Below, piece by piece: positions 8,521 to 18,503 of a DNA stretch of 64,000 nucleotides. The notes under the pieces are model-generated. The model did not search any database. It was not told where the DNA came from and saw only the letters and a list, made by a program, of their open reading frames with translations. Within the stretch, counting starts at the first letter, position 1. The number at the start of each line of letters is the position of its first letter. Source of the DNA: Candidatus Kaiserbacteria bacterium (GTDB lineage Bacteria; Patescibacteriota; Minisyncoccia; Phycocordibacterales; UBA918); the NCBI GenBank assembly GCA_016699245.1, contig CP064968.1, positions 15,654-79,653 of the forward strand, written 5' to 3'. The position numbers were made by a program, and so were the translations under genes.

Positions 8521-10071
8521 ATGGCAAAACATTCGCACCTACTCCCCTATGCAAACCGACCAGATTTTAAAGTTGGTCGCGCACCCGAACTTACCGGTCG
8601 AGACCGAGTGCTGTATCGTTTTCTCGAAATCCTTCCAGGTGCAGCATCATGGACAGCACTTGTGGGCATGGTTCTCATGTCTATTTATACACCCTTTTTT
8701 GCGGCATACTTCATTATTGCATTTGCTGTCTTTTGGGTCCTTAAAACTGCTTTTCTTTCATACCACCTTCGTTATAACTGGAAGCGTCTTCGGAGTCACA
8801 TGACTGCTGATTGGAAAAGGATGATTGAGCGTTTTGAGTATGAACATCTGTATCATCTCATTATTCTTCCATACTACAATGAGTCTGAAGAAGTAATTAA
8901 TACATCTCTCGCCTCTCTCGCAGAAGTACGGTATGACAAAAAAAGTATGATTGTGGTGCTTGCGCGTGAAGAGCGTGCAGGTGAAGGCGCTGCACTCGTT
9001 GCAGAACGCATGAAAGAAAAGTGGGGAAGTACCTTTGGCAGTTTTCATATTTCTGCACACCCTGCAAATCTCCCGGGTGAGATGGCCGGCAAGGGCTCCA
9101 ATGCCACGTGGGCAGCAGAAGATGTACGAAAAAAAGTTCTTGACCCTCATGGTATCCGCTACAATCATACACTGGTATCAATTTTTGATATCGACACCGT
9201 CGTGTATTCCGACTATTTCAATTGTCTCGTATGGCATTTTATAACAGCACCGCGCCCACTCAAGAGTTCATTCCAGCCAGTACCAGTTTTCAACAATAAT
9301 ATGTGGGAAGCATCTTCACTTGCACGTGTGGTGGCGATGTCTTCCACCTTTTGGGAAATGGTACAGCAGGAGCGCCCTGAGCGCATGGCGACTTTTTCTT
9401 CCCATTCTGTCTCATTTCAAGCATTGTATGAAATTGGCTACTGGCAGACCAACATGGTCTCCGAGGATTCGCGCATTTACTGGAATCTTCTCCTTGCGAA
9501 TGATGGAGAGTACGATGTGATTCCGCTTTCGTACCCTGTCTCCATGGACGCTAATGCCGCACCGACATTTTTTGGTACAGTTAAAAATATATACAAACAG
9601 CACCGCAGGTGGACCTATGGTGTTGAAAACTTCGTCTACGTGGTGTATCACTTCACGAAGAATAAAAATATTCCCCTTGGCCGTCGCATTAAAATTGCGC
9701 TCCAGCAGGCAGAAGGGTATTGGTCTATGGTCACGAATCCGATTATGCTCATTATTCTCGGTTGGGCACCAATCTTTTTTGGAGGACGTGTCTTTCATGA
9801 GACGGTACTTTCCTACAATCTTCCTATTGTGGTACGCGACCTTCTTATTCTCGCGATGTTTGGTCTTGTGATTTCTTCCATGATATCTCTCACACTCATT
9901 CCAAAACGTCCTGAGGGGAAAAGTCGTTTCGTGTATATTGTGATGGCATTGCAGTGGGTTCTGGTGCCGATTACGATGGTTATCTTTAGTGCGATTCCCG
10001 GGCTCGATGCGCAGACACGACTTATGCTCGGTAAGTATATGGGTTTTTGGGTTACTCCCAAATCCCGGTGA
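8521..10071 (+). CDS. Membrane-embedded family 2 glycosyltransferase (processive, cellulose/chitin-synthase-like)
   Basis: 516 aa with N-terminal TM helices, a cytoplasmic GT-A domain with D-x-D-like segments, the Q-x-x-R-W hallmark (KQHRRW) and several C-terminal TM helices. The stop is TGA. Confidence 0.7.
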   Translation: MAKHSHLLPYANRPDFKVGRAPELTGRDRVLYRFLEILPGAASWTALVGMVLMSIYTPFFAAYFIIAFAVFWVLKTAFLSYHLRYNWKRLRSHMTADWKRMIERFEYEHLYHLIILPYYNESEEVINTSLASLAEVRYDKKSMIVVLAREERAGEGAALVAERMKEKWGSTFGSFHISAHPANLPGEMAGKGSNATWAAEDVRKKVLDPHGIRYNHTLVSIFDIDTVVYSDYFNCLVWHFITAPRPLKSSFQPVPVFNNNMWEASSLARVVAMSSTFWEMVQQERPERMATFSSHSVSFQALYEIGYWQTNMVSEDSRIYWNLLLANDGEYDVIPLSYPVSMDANAAPTFFGTVKNIYKQHRRWTYGVENFVYVVYHFTKNKNIPLGRRIKIALQQAEGYWSMVTNPIMLIILGWAPIFFGGRVFHETVLSYNLPIVVRDLLILAMFGLVISSMISLTLIPKRPEGKSRFVYIVMALQWVLVPITMVIFSAIPGLDAQTRLMLGKYMGFWVTPKSR

Positions 10072-10343
10072 CGCACGAGCACCTCATCTGCTTTGTTGCC
10101 CTGCAAAACTGCAGCCTCACCGTACGTCATGTACGCCTCGACAGCAGTTTTTTGTGCGCCGCGCATCTGTGGCACTCGTGCGTCACCGGTGGTGCTGGGG
10201 CAATCAAATCAATCTGGCGGAAGCGTACGGTACGCCTCGGTTTAAAACAATGTATCTAATGTACGTCCAAGGAATATGACTCATATTTTAGTGTAGTTTT
10301 AAGTTTTGAAAATGACTCTACTTCGTGGTACCCTACATCTACT

Positions 10344-11480
10344 ATGGGCCCACATATCGAGGTACAGCCACTCCCACACAAAACGCGTCAGCGAACATTT
10401 TTGTTTCTGGTACTCATTTTTCTTGTATCTCTCCCATTCCTGTACTTCTATGCTACGGGGTATCGTTTTGATTTACAGAAACCTACAAACCTCGTCAGTA
10501 CCGGTGGTATATATGTCGCGGTTGATGTAACCGGCGCAGACATATTTATCGACGGAGAACTCGTGCGAGAGACACGCACGTTTCGCAAGGCTTTTTATGC
10601 TCAAAGATTAGATGCTGGCACACACCGTGTTCATGTGCAGAAAGACGGATACCATACGTGGGTAAAAGAACTTCCCGTTTCAAAGCGACTTGTCACCGAG
10701 GCAGAAGCGTTTAATCTCCCTCTTGTACCACAGGTGCGTGTTATTACTCCGTTTCTGTCTGCAACGGGCACTCCTGTGGTACGTACACCCCTTCTCACTG
10801 CATCCACTTCCGAGATGATGCTCGCTACTACCACTACGGCAACATCTACCTTTATCAATAATGGAGAGTACACACGGCTCATTGAAAACTTCAATGCAAC
10901 CACCACCGAGTTACAGGAAAGTACTGCAGAACAAATTAAAGATATTTTCAACACGAGCACGACAACCGAAGTGAAGGGGGAAGAAGCTACTTCGACCATT
11001 ACCTATAACGGTGTACAACTCATACGTGCGAGCGACGAGGTCTTTGCGACATGGGTTGGCTCGTTTGAGCAGATGCCGTACTACTACTGTGCGCCCGATT
11101 TCCCTGCATACAGCACTTCATCACCTGCTGATACCTTACCTTCTGAAGTGATTCCTACGCCTGAAGATGAAGTAATTCTCCTTGAGGAAGGCATTATGGG
11201 CCCCGTACAAACTATTCCAAAAGATACGGCGTGTGACCCACGTATTCGTATCGATAGAAAATGGCAGGAGGTGAGTGATTTTGATTTCTTCCCCGGAAGC
11301 ACCGACTTTGTGGTGATGGCACTGAGTGACGGCATCTATGTGGTAGAGGTAGACGACCGCTCATGGCAGAATGTGCAACCACTTATCATGGGTACAGATC
11401 TTGCATTTCATATAGAGAACGGCTCGATTTATGTATACGACGGTGCTCTTATTTATCAAGTATTATTGCAAACTGAATAA
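10344..11480 (+). CDS. Membrane-anchored PEGA-domain-like protein (hypothetical)
   Basis: N-terminal TM helix, then a PEGA-like beta segment (GGIYVAVDVTGADIFIDGELVRE...GTHRVHVQKDGYHTWVKELPV), a Thr/Ser-rich linker and a C-terminal domain. Confidence 0.4.
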   Translation: MGPHIEVQPLPHKTRQRTFLFLVLIFLVSLPFLYFYATGYRFDLQKPTNLVSTGGIYVAVDVTGADIFIDGELVRETRTFRKAFYAQRLDAGTHRVHVQKDGYHTWVKELPVSKRLVTEAEAFNLPLVPQVRVITPFLSATGTPVVRTPLLTASTSEMMLATTTTATSTFINNGEYTRLIENFNATTTELQESTAEQIKDIFNTSTTTEVKGEEATSTITYNGVQLIRASDEVFATWVGSFEQMPYYYCAPDFPAYSTSSPADTLPSEVIPTPEDEVILLEEGIMGPVQTIPKDTACDPRIRIDRKWQEVSDFDFFPGSTDFVVMALSDGIYVVEVDDRSWQNVQPLIMGTDLAFHIENGSIYVYDGALIYQVLLQTE

Positions 11481-11485
11481 GTACT

Positions 11486-12208
11486 ATGACACCGAGTAAC
11501 GGACACCAGCACCCACTTACGCAGATGATTGCAGAAATTAATAGTATTTTTGCAGAGATTGGTTTTGTGTTTGCAGAAGGTCCTGAGGCAGAGCGTGAGC
11601 ACTACAATTTTGATAGGCTCAATGTCCCCAAGGATCACCCCTCACGCGATATGCAAGATACGTTTTGGTTTCGCCGTAGTGATGTGAAGGAACCTACTGT
11701 GCTCCGCACACACACTTCTGCTGTACAGGGTCGCTTTATGGAAGCACATACTCCCCCCATGCGTGCTATTGCGTTGGGGAAAGTGTTTCGTAATGAGGCA
11801 ACCGACGTCACTCACGAAGCACAGTTTTATCAGTTTGAAGGATTTTACGTGGACAAAGAGGTGCACCTCGGACACTTGAAGGGCACACTTGAATACTTTT
11901 TCGGAAAGTTCTTCAGAGGGGATGTGGAGGTACGATTCCGTCCCAGTTTCTTTGGTTTTGTGGAGCCGGGTGTCGAGGTGGATATGCGTCTCAACTCAGG
12001 TAACTCAAAACTCGTGGGGAAGTGGATTGAGATTATGGGTGCCGGTATGATTCATCCTAATGTACTCCTTGATTCTGGCATTGACCCCTTACTATACTCA
12101 GGCTTCGCCTTTGGTATGGGGCTTGATCGACTCGGCTTTATGAAATACGAGTTTGATGATATCCGCACACTCTATAGTGGTGACCTCAGATTTGTAAATC
12201 AGTTTTAG
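11486..12208 (+). CDS. pheS: Phenylalanine--tRNA ligase alpha subunit (short form, catalytic core only)
   Basis: Class II aaRS motifs 1-3 are present (HPSRDMQDTFW; FRNEATDVTHEAQFYQFEG; GFAFGMGLDRL). Confidence 0.9.
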   Translation: MTPSNGHQHPLTQMIAEINSIFAEIGFVFAEGPEAEREHYNFDRLNVPKDHPSRDMQDTFWFRRSDVKEPTVLRTHTSAVQGRFMEAHTPPMRAIALGKVFRNEATDVTHEAQFYQFEGFYVDKEVHLGHLKGTLEYFFGKFFRGDVEVRFRPSFFGFVEPGVEVDMRLNSGNSKLVGKWIEIMGAGMIHPNVLLDSGIDPLLYSGFAFGMGLDRLGFMKYEFDDIRTLYSGDLRFVNQF

Positions 12209-12258
12209 AAATAGAAAATAGAAGATATAAAATATAAAATAGAAAATAGAAGATATGG
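12209..12258. repeat. Left inverted-repeat arm of the four-helix-bundle gene cassette (ATAGAAAATAGAAGATA units)
   Basis: AAATAGAAAATAGAAGATATAAAATATAAAATAGAAAATAGAAGATATGG immediately after the pheS stop. Its reverse-complement partner is at 12630-12670. Confidence 0.6.
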
Positions 12259-12632
12259 AAAATAAAAAAGAAGTGTCACAGACAGAGAAGGAAGTTTTTA
12301 AGATGAGACTTATTGATTTTTCTGTTTCAACTATGAAACTGTGTCATGATTTTCGCAAAGATCCCACACTTTGGTCGTTGAGTGATCAACTGATTAGAAG
12401 TGCAACTTCGATTGGAGCAAATATTAATGAAGCACAGGGAGCAAATTCTAAAAAAGATTTTGCAAATTATTTTCAAATCGCACTTAAATCAGCTAGAGAA
12501 ACTCGATATTGGATACAAGTAATAGAGCGTTATAACAGTAAGATAAAAGATATCGAGTTCGTACGTAATGAAAATGAAGCGCTCATAAATATCTTGCATG
12601 CTTCATTAAAAACCCTGAGGTCGAAACTGTAA
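12255..12632 (+). CDS. Four-helix-bundle protein (23S rRNA intervening-sequence protein family)
   Basis: SDQLIRSATSIGANINEAQGANSKKDFANYFQIALKSARETRYWIQVI matches the conserved core of the 23S-rRNA-IVS / four-helix-bundle family (GANIAEG...KDF..FL.IA.GS..E). It is inserted between pheS and pheT. Confidence 0.7.
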   Translation: MENKKEVSQTEKEVFKMRLIDFSVSTMKLCHDFRKDPTLWSLSDQLIRSATSIGANINEAQGANSKKDFANYFQIALKSARETRYWIQVIERYNSKIKDIEFVRNENEALINILHASLKTLRSKL

Positions 12633-12670
12633 TATCTTCTATCTTCTATTTTCTATCTTATATTTCTCAT
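12630..12670. repeat. Right inverted-repeat arm of the four-helix-bundle cassette
   Basis: TAATATCTTCTATCTTCTATTTTCTATCTTATATTTCTCAT is the reverse complement of the AGATAGAAAATAGAAGATAGAAGATATT-type units of the left arm. Confidence 0.6.
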
Positions 12671-14596
12671 ATGAAAGTAATTCACGATTGGCTTAAAGAG
12701 TATGTGGGGGACGCAATGCCTGACGTCGCCACCTGCGAAGACCTTTTCACGTTTCATGCCTTTGAGGTAGATGGTGTTGAAGTGGTGGAGGGGAAGGATG
12801 TGCTCGATATTAAAGTTTTGCCAGACCGTGCGAGTGATTGTCTTTCACATCGGGGTATCGCCCATGAACTTGCCGCAATTATGGGCGCACCACTCACGCA
12901 TGACCCGCTTCGAGAACCGGTAGCACTTGTACCGCTCACTGAAAAAATCAAAGTAACTATAGAAGATACACAGGCATGTCGTCGCTTTGGTGCGGCGCTT
13001 ATGACGGGTGTTGCGGTGAAGGAATCACCCGAGTGGCTCAAAGCGCGTCTTCACGCACTCGGGCAACGCTCCATCAATAATGTGGTCGATGCGACCAACT
13101 ATGTGATGCTTGGACTTGGACAGCCTCTCCACGCATACGACGCGGCCAAGTTCCCGCATACTAATGATATGTGGCATTTTGGTGTCCGTATGGCTCGTGA
13201 AGGGGAGGAGGTCACGACACTTTCGGGCGACACCTACTCACTTACCCCACTAGTCCAACTCATTACCGATGCACCGAGTGGTGTGCCTCTCGGCATCGCA
13301 GGTATAAAGGGAGGAAAACTTGCCGAGATAGATGCAGCGACTACAAATATCATTCTTGAAGCAGCAAACTTTGCTCCACAGATTACACGCAAAGCCGCAC
13401 AATTTTTGAAACTCCAAACCGACGCTTCAAAGCGTTTTGAAAACAATCTCTCGCCCGAACTCGTGCCTTACGCACTCGTAGAAGTAGTGCGCCTCATTAC
13501 TGAAATTTCAGGGGGAACCTGTGCAGGATATGCCGATGTGTATCCAACACCATTTCAGAGTGTTCCCGTCACCGTTTCACTTACACAGGTGAATGCACTT
13601 CTCGGCATGACACTTACGGAAAAAGAGGTAGAAGATATTCTCACGCGCCTTGGATTTTCATTTATCAAAGACGGAGACGCATGGACCGTCACTGCGCCAT
13701 GGGGACGCACTGATGTCACCATTCCTGCGGACGTTATTGCAGATATTGGTCGCGTGTATGGATACGAGCATGTTGCGTCGGTACTTCCTCTACCCATGCC
13801 ACTTGCGGAGTGTAATGCTCGCCAGTACTACAGTGAGATAATTCGTCATGTGCTTGTTGAAGCAGGATGTTCTGAGGTAATTACTTCTTCATTCCGCAAG
13901 AAAGATGTCATCACACTCCAAAATGCACTTGCAAGTGATAAGGGGTCTTTGCGAAGTACGCTCACCCACAACATTCGCGAAGCACTCGACAAAAATATGC
14001 CGAACGTCGACCTCCTCGGACTCACCACGCTATCACTTTTTGAGATTGGTACTGTGTTTAATAAGACTACGATGGGCGATGATGTGATGGAGCATATATC
14101 GCTTGCGATTGGTGTACGGACAAAGCAACAGGGCTACACACCCAAAGACGATGCACTACTCGCCTCACTTGTGACGCACGTAGAGGAAGTACTGGGAGTC
14201 ATGCTTAATGGCGTAAGTGACAAAGGTGTCTATGAGTGTAATCTCACCGATGCTCTCAACACGCTTCCGGTACCACAGACCTACGATGCGTATGTGCCAC
14301 AAGAGCCTGTTTCCTTTACTCCTTTTTCCGCATACCCATTCATCTCACGCGATATCGCACTCTGGGTACCCGAGGCAGTGACGGCTGAAGAAATCGAAAG
14401 AGAAATCCGCGAGCATGCCGGTACACTCCTCACCCGCGTGACCCTCTTTGATTCCTTTACAAAAGAGGGGAGAGTCTCCTACGCCTTTCGCCTCATCTTT
14501 CAGTCTCACGAAAAAACTCTCACCGATGATGAGGTAGGACCTATAATGCAAACCCTCACCACCACCCTCACCGCAAAAGGTTTTGAGATTCGGTAG
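12671..14596 (+). CDS. pheT: Phenylalanine--tRNA ligase beta subunit (short 641-aa form)
   Basis: B3/B4, B5 and catalytic-like domains plus the C-terminal FDPA-like domain are recognisable (e.g. LGQPLHAYDAAKF; FEIGTVF; YPFISRDIALWVPE). It directly follows pheS and the cassette. Confidence 0.9.
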   Translation: MKVIHDWLKEYVGDAMPDVATCEDLFTFHAFEVDGVEVVEGKDVLDIKVLPDRASDCLSHRGIAHELAAIMGAPLTHDPLREPVALVPLTEKIKVTIEDTQACRRFGAALMTGVAVKESPEWLKARLHALGQRSINNVVDATNYVMLGLGQPLHAYDAAKFPHTNDMWHFGVRMAREGEEVTTLSGDTYSLTPLVQLITDAPSGVPLGIAGIKGGKLAEIDAATTNIILEAANFAPQITRKAAQFLKLQTDASKRFENNLSPELVPYALVEVVRLITEISGGTCAGYADVYPTPFQSVPVTVSLTQVNALLGMTLTEKEVEDILTRLGFSFIKDGDAWTVTAPWGRTDVTIPADVIADIGRVYGYEHVASVLPLPMPLAECNARQYYSEIIRHVLVEAGCSEVITSSFRKKDVITLQNALASDKGSLRSTLTHNIREALDKNMPNVDLLGLTTLSLFEIGTVFNKTTMGDDVMEHISLAIGVRTKQQGYTPKDDALLASLVTHVEEVLGVMLNGVSDKGVYECNLTDALNTLPVPQTYDAYVPQEPVSFTPFSAYPFISRDIALWVPEAVTAEEIEREIREHAGTLLTRVTLFDSFTKEGRVSYAFRLIFQSHEKTLTDDEVGPIMQTLTTTLTAKGFEIR

Positions 14597-14625
14597 TTTT
14601 AAAGTTCTTTCTTTCCAAGAATCCA

Positions 14626-14965
14626 AAGAACTCTTTCTCCGTACCACTACGGCCATCTAAAATCCTTTCTCGGCACGAACTTGAAAAAACCACGCATAAA
14701 CCTAAAACCATCAATCCTTCGGATTGGTGGTTTTAGGTTTTGCTATGCTCGCGCTGTGTGCGCTCCGCAATGCTTTTTTAAAGTTGTGCCTCAACGGATT
14801 TTTACGTATATGCCATTAAGAACTCGTTGACGCACTGCTTTTATGCAGCCTCGCGCAAGGCCCCACAGGCCGAGCGGAGCAAAGACCCAAAACTCACATT
14901 CTACGAATGTGAGTTTTGGGTTTTATGCGTGCTGAAGAAAAGCAGTGCGGAAAAAGAGTTCTGTC
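14626..14965 (+). mobile_element. MITE-like / structured repeat element, copy B
   Basis: Same architecture as copy A: left TIR AGAACTCTTTCTC...AAATCCTTTCTCGGCACGAAC...CACGCATAA, central CTCAACGGATTTTT...CTCGTTGACGCAC...CTCGCGCAAGGCC, right arm GAGCGGAGCAAAG-hairpin-TTTATGCGTGC-TGAAGAAAAGCAGTGCGGAAAAAGAGTTCTGTC. Confidence 0.5.
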
Positions 14966-15114
14966 GCCAACATACAGAGTTCGCGACGAGAGGGAATTTC
15001 CTCCATTTTTCTCGCCAATTCCCACGCATTTTTGCCACAGGGGGAAGGGGGACAAAATGGCTTAAATTTGCTATACTTTTGGCTATTATTGGGTATTTAT
15101 AAATCGACAAAAAC

Positions 15115-17202
15115 GTGAGTAAACAAAGTTCATATAGCGCTGATTCGATTCAGATTCTTGAAGGTCTTGAGCCTGTGCGCAAGCGCCCGGGCATGTACAT
15201 CGGTACCACTGGTCCTGATGGTCTGCATCACCTCATTTGGGAGATTTTCGACAACTCGCGCGATGAGGCCATGGGTGGCTTTGCCAATCGCATTGAGGTA
15301 GCACTGCTTCCGGGCAACTATATTCGCGTTGTCGACAACGGTCGTGGTATTCCGGTGGATACTCACAAGCAAACAAAAGTCTCGGCTCTCGAGACAATTC
15401 TCACCACACTCCATGCGGGAGGAAAGTTTGGTGGGGAGGATGGTGGATACAAGGTCTCTGGCGGTCTCCACGGCGTGGGCGCATCGGTGGTAAACGCGCT
15501 TTCTACGCACATGATTGCTGAAGTGCATCGTGATGGGGGGTATTTCATTCAGGAGTACACCATCGGCAAGCCAAAAGCAAAGGTCAAGAAAGTTGGCCCT
15601 TCGAAATTCCATGGCACTATTATCACCTTTCGTGCTGATGGAACTATTTTTCCTGAGATTAAGTACGAGTTTAAGCGGATTGTGTCTCACTTGCGCCAGC
15701 AAGCGTACTTAGTAAAGAGTATGCGCATTAGTGTCATTGACGCACGTCCTACTGAGGAGGAGACAAAGGATGTGACTGAGAAAGATGTGCAGAAGTTTAT
15801 GTCGGGTATTCTCGGGAAGACCTATCTTTCTGATGAACACTTTGAGGTACCACACGAACACTTCTTCTTTGAGGGAGGGCTCCGTTCGCTTGTGGCTTTT
15901 AACAATCACTACCAAACGCCGGTGCATAAAAATATCTTTTATGTGGAGAAGCAGAATGTAGACCCTGCAGTACTTTCAGTAGAGGTGGCACTCCAATATG
16001 TAGATGATATCAGTCCGCGCATTAGTGCATTTGCAAACAACATCTTCAACCCCGAGCACGGTACACACATCACGGGCTTTAAAACTGCGCTCACCCGTAC
16101 TCTCAATAATTACGCAAAGAAAAATAATTACTTCAAAGAGAAAGACGGTGCATTCACTGGAGATGACGTTCTTGAGGGTATTACTGCGGTAGTATCGGTA
16201 AAGATGCCTGAAATACAATTTGAAGGGCAGACAAAGGCAAAACTAGGCTCTGTGGAGGCTCGCAGTGCCGTGGAGACAGTCTTTGGTGATGCATTCAACG
16301 AGTTCCTCGAGGAAAACCCGGATGACGCAAAGGGAATCATCAACAAGGTGGTGATTGCCGTAAAGGCGCGTAAGGCAGCAAAGGCTGCAAAGGACTCGGT
16401 TCTCCGCAAGGGCGCACTTGAAGGTATGACCCTTCCGGGGAAACTCGCTGACTGCCAGACAAAGAGTCCTGCAGAATCAGAAATCTTTATTGTAGAGGGA
16501 GACTCTGCGGGTGGTTCGGCAAAGATGGGTCGTGATCGCCGTACACAGGCAATCCTTCCGCTTCGCGGAAAGATTCTCAATGTGGAGCGCGCTCGCCTCG
16601 ACAAGATGCTTGCCTCAGAACAGGTGAAGAATCTTGTGGTTGCTATGGGTACTGCTATTGGTGATGTGTTTGACCTTTCAAAACTTCGCTATCACAAAAT
16701 CATTATTGCAACAGACGCCGATGTGGACGGTGCGCACATTCGCACGCTTCTTCTCACCCTTTTCTACCGGTACTTCCGTCCCGTGATTGATGGGGGATAT
16801 ATCTACATCGCACAGCCGCCACTCTACAAGATTCAACGTGGTAAGGAGATTATGTATGCCTACAATGATGAAGAAAAAATGGCGATTCTTGGGAAAGATG
16901 CTGTCGTGTCAGAAGTAGAAGAAGGGGAGGAGACCCCCGAGCCTGTGGAGGAAGAAGTAGAGGCAGAGGCAACAGCAAAGACTCCTAAGATTCGTATCCA
17001 ACGCTACAAAGGTCTCGGAGAGATGAATGCCGAAGAACTCTGGGAAACCACCATGAATCCAGACCATCGTGTATTGAAACAGGTGTCTATTGTCGATGCG
17101 CTCGAAGCTGACAAGGTGTTCGATATTCTCATGGGTACCGACGTCTCAAGTCGCAAGTCATTCATCCAGTCCAACGCCCACATGGCCAATCTCGACGTTT
17201 AA
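15115..17202 (+). CDS. gyrB: DNA gyrase subunit B
   Basis: GTG start. GHKL ATPase N-terminus (LEGLEPVRKRPGMYIGTTG...DNGRGIP), QTK loop, Toprim motifs (EGDSAGGSAK; PLRGKILNVE; ATDADVDGAHIRTLLLT) and C-terminal tail all present. Confidence 0.95.
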   Translation: MSKQSSYSADSIQILEGLEPVRKRPGMYIGTTGPDGLHHLIWEIFDNSRDEAMGGFANRIEVALLPGNYIRVVDNGRGIPVDTHKQTKVSALETILTTLHAGGKFGGEDGGYKVSGGLHGVGASVVNALSTHMIAEVHRDGGYFIQEYTIGKPKAKVKKVGPSKFHGTIITFRADGTIFPEIKYEFKRIVSHLRQQAYLVKSMRISVIDARPTEEETKDVTEKDVQKFMSGILGKTYLSDEHFEVPHEHFFFEGGLRSLVAFNNHYQTPVHKNIFYVEKQNVDPAVLSVEVALQYVDDISPRISAFANNIFNPEHGTHITGFKTALTRTLNNYAKKNNYFKEKDGAFTGDDVLEGITAVVSVKMPEIQFEGQTKAKLGSVEARSAVETVFGDAFNEFLEENPDDAKGIINKVVIAVKARKAAKAAKDSVLRKGALEGMTLPGKLADCQTKSPAESEIFIVEGDSAGGSAKMGRDRRTQAILPLRGKILNVERARLDKMLASEQVKNLVVAMGTAIGDVFDLSKLRYHKIIIATDADVDGAHIRTLLLTLFYRYFRPVIDGGYIYIAQPPLYKIQRGKEIMYAYNDEEKMAILGKDAVVSEVEEGEETPEPVEEEVEAEATAKTPKIRIQRYKGLGEMNAEELWETTMNPDHRVLKQVSIVDALEADKVFDILMGTDVSSRKSFIQSNAHMANLDV

Positions 17203-17208
17203 ACTAAA

Positions 17209-17233
17209 ATGACGGACATCGGATGTCCGTCAT
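17209..17233. repeat. REP-like 25-bp perfect palindrome ATGACGGACATCGGATGTCCGTCAT (copy 1 of 4)
   Basis: A perfect palindrome 7 bp after the gyrB stop. Identical copies at 39401, 39964 and (one centre mismatch) 40151 surround the RAYT gene. Confidence 0.7.
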
Positions 17234-17269
17234 GCGGATGCCTGGCTTTGTTGTTGGTAGGTATACAAA

Positions 17270-17310
17270 ATCGCCGGCGCCCGTAGGGCGCCGGCGATTT
17301 GCTTATTTTT
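17270..17310. terminator. Bidirectional terminator hairpin between gyrB and the convergent minus-strand gene
   Basis: ATCGCCGGCGCCC-GTA-GGGCGCCGGCGAT flanked by A-rich sequence on one side and T-rich on the other. Confidence 0.55.
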
Positions 17311-17320
17311 CTTGCTTCAA

Positions 17321-18394
17321 TTATTCCACCACCACACTGAGTGACGCAGTGTTGTTTCCTGTCTTTGTGTCACCAGCTACTGAAAGCGTATTGGTGAAGG
17401 TGACTACTTCACCCTCCTCCACATCGAGATAGAATCCAAGAGTGAACATCACATGTGACTGTGGGGCAAGTGGTGCCTGCACGGGTGAAGTATACACTTC
17501 GCCCGTAGGCAAGATTGTGGTGAATGACCAGTTGCCTGAAGTCTTGGTACCGAGGTTAATTACATCAAAGCGAATCGCATTATGTGCATCAGTGTTGAAT
17601 GTCTTGGTGAATCCAAAGACACCATTTTGAAGCACTCCAGAGCCCAGAATCTGCACACTGAGGTCGGTATACATTTCCTTTGCAGGTGCTACAGGGATGA
17701 CGGGCTTCGCAACTGGCTCTTGAGGCACCGTAGGCGTAACTGGCTTTTGGGTAGGCTCCTTCACCGCCTCAGGTACAGGCTTTACATCCGCAGGCTTCTT
17801 TTCAGTATCGACGATAGCTACTTCAGTCGTCGTTGCCGTTTCTCTGTGTGCTACTTCACGTACAGGAATTGTTGCGTTAACGACAGTAACCTTTGTGGTG
17901 TGTTTCAGAGTATCTCCCGTCTTATTATTTGTGAAGGCAACGGTGAGGGGAATATCGGTGAAGCGGAAGTCATCAGAAAGCGCGGTGAGGGAAAGCCCAT
18001 GCACATTCGCCGGGAGGGTCAGTGTGTCAGTACAAGCGATAGGCATAAAAGTATCGTCACCACTTCGTACCTCGAGTCGTACTCCGGGGACACACTCGTA
18101 CGTAAGGGCATATTCACCTTCAGTGCGGAAGTCTGTCCAAGAAATTTGGAATGACTCAGCAGAATTTACGACAATCTTTTCGGTCGCTATGGTTAATTCT
18201 TTTGCAGGGCGGTAGAGATTAATAGTCTCTGCAATAGACGCAAGGGAAGCAAAACCTTCCGGTGCACGCTTACTGCCTTCGACGGTGATATACACGAAAA
18301 AGGCGATGGTGACGAGAAAGCCAACAATCGCAAGTGTCTTCACGACGGCACTCTTTAGAGTTTGTGTTTCATTCATATGCAAGTATGCTACCAC
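17321..18394 (-). CDS. Hypothetical N-terminally membrane-anchored surface protein with Pro/Thr-rich linker
   Basis: 357 aa with a TM helix (LAIVGFLVTIAFFVYITV), a beta-rich domain, a proline-rich linker (KPADVKPVPEAVKEPTQKPVTPTVPQEPVAKPVIPVAPA) and a C-terminal domain. Confidence 0.4.
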   Translation of the reverse strand: MVAYLHMNETQTLKSAVVKTLAIVGFLVTIAFFVYITVEGSKRAPEGFASLASIAETINLYRPAKELTIATEKIVVNSAESFQISWTDFRTEGEYALTYECVPGVRLEVRSGDDTFMPIACTDTLTLPANVHGLSLTALSDDFRFTDIPLTVAFTNNKTGDTLKHTTKVTVVNATIPVREVAHRETATTTEVAIVDTEKKPADVKPVPEAVKEPTQKPVTPTVPQEPVAKPVIPVAPAKEMYTDLSVQILGSGVLQNGVFGFTKTFNTDAHNAIRFDVINLGTKTSGNWSFTTILPTGEVYTSPVQAPLAPQSHVMFTLGFYLDVEEGEVVTFTNTLSVAGDTKTGNNTASLSVVVE

Positions 18395-18503
18395 GATAAT
18401 TCTACTATGTCAACACACAAAAAATGGCGCAAAAGCAGTGTATTGACAAAAACTATAAATGATGTACTATTCTAACAACTACATCAATCTCAATTTTTAA
18501 TAT

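Noticed and set aside
10069-10260. Read-through of the GT2 gene's TGA stop (possible UGA recoding)
   Set aside because: The downstream in-frame translation is not protein-like, and TGA clearly functions as stop at smc (followed 5 codons later by TAG and a terminator hairpin) and at the hicA/hicB overlap. A 16-bp inverted repeat (CCGGTGACGCACGAGC ... GCTCGTGCGTCACCGG) was noted here but not developed further.
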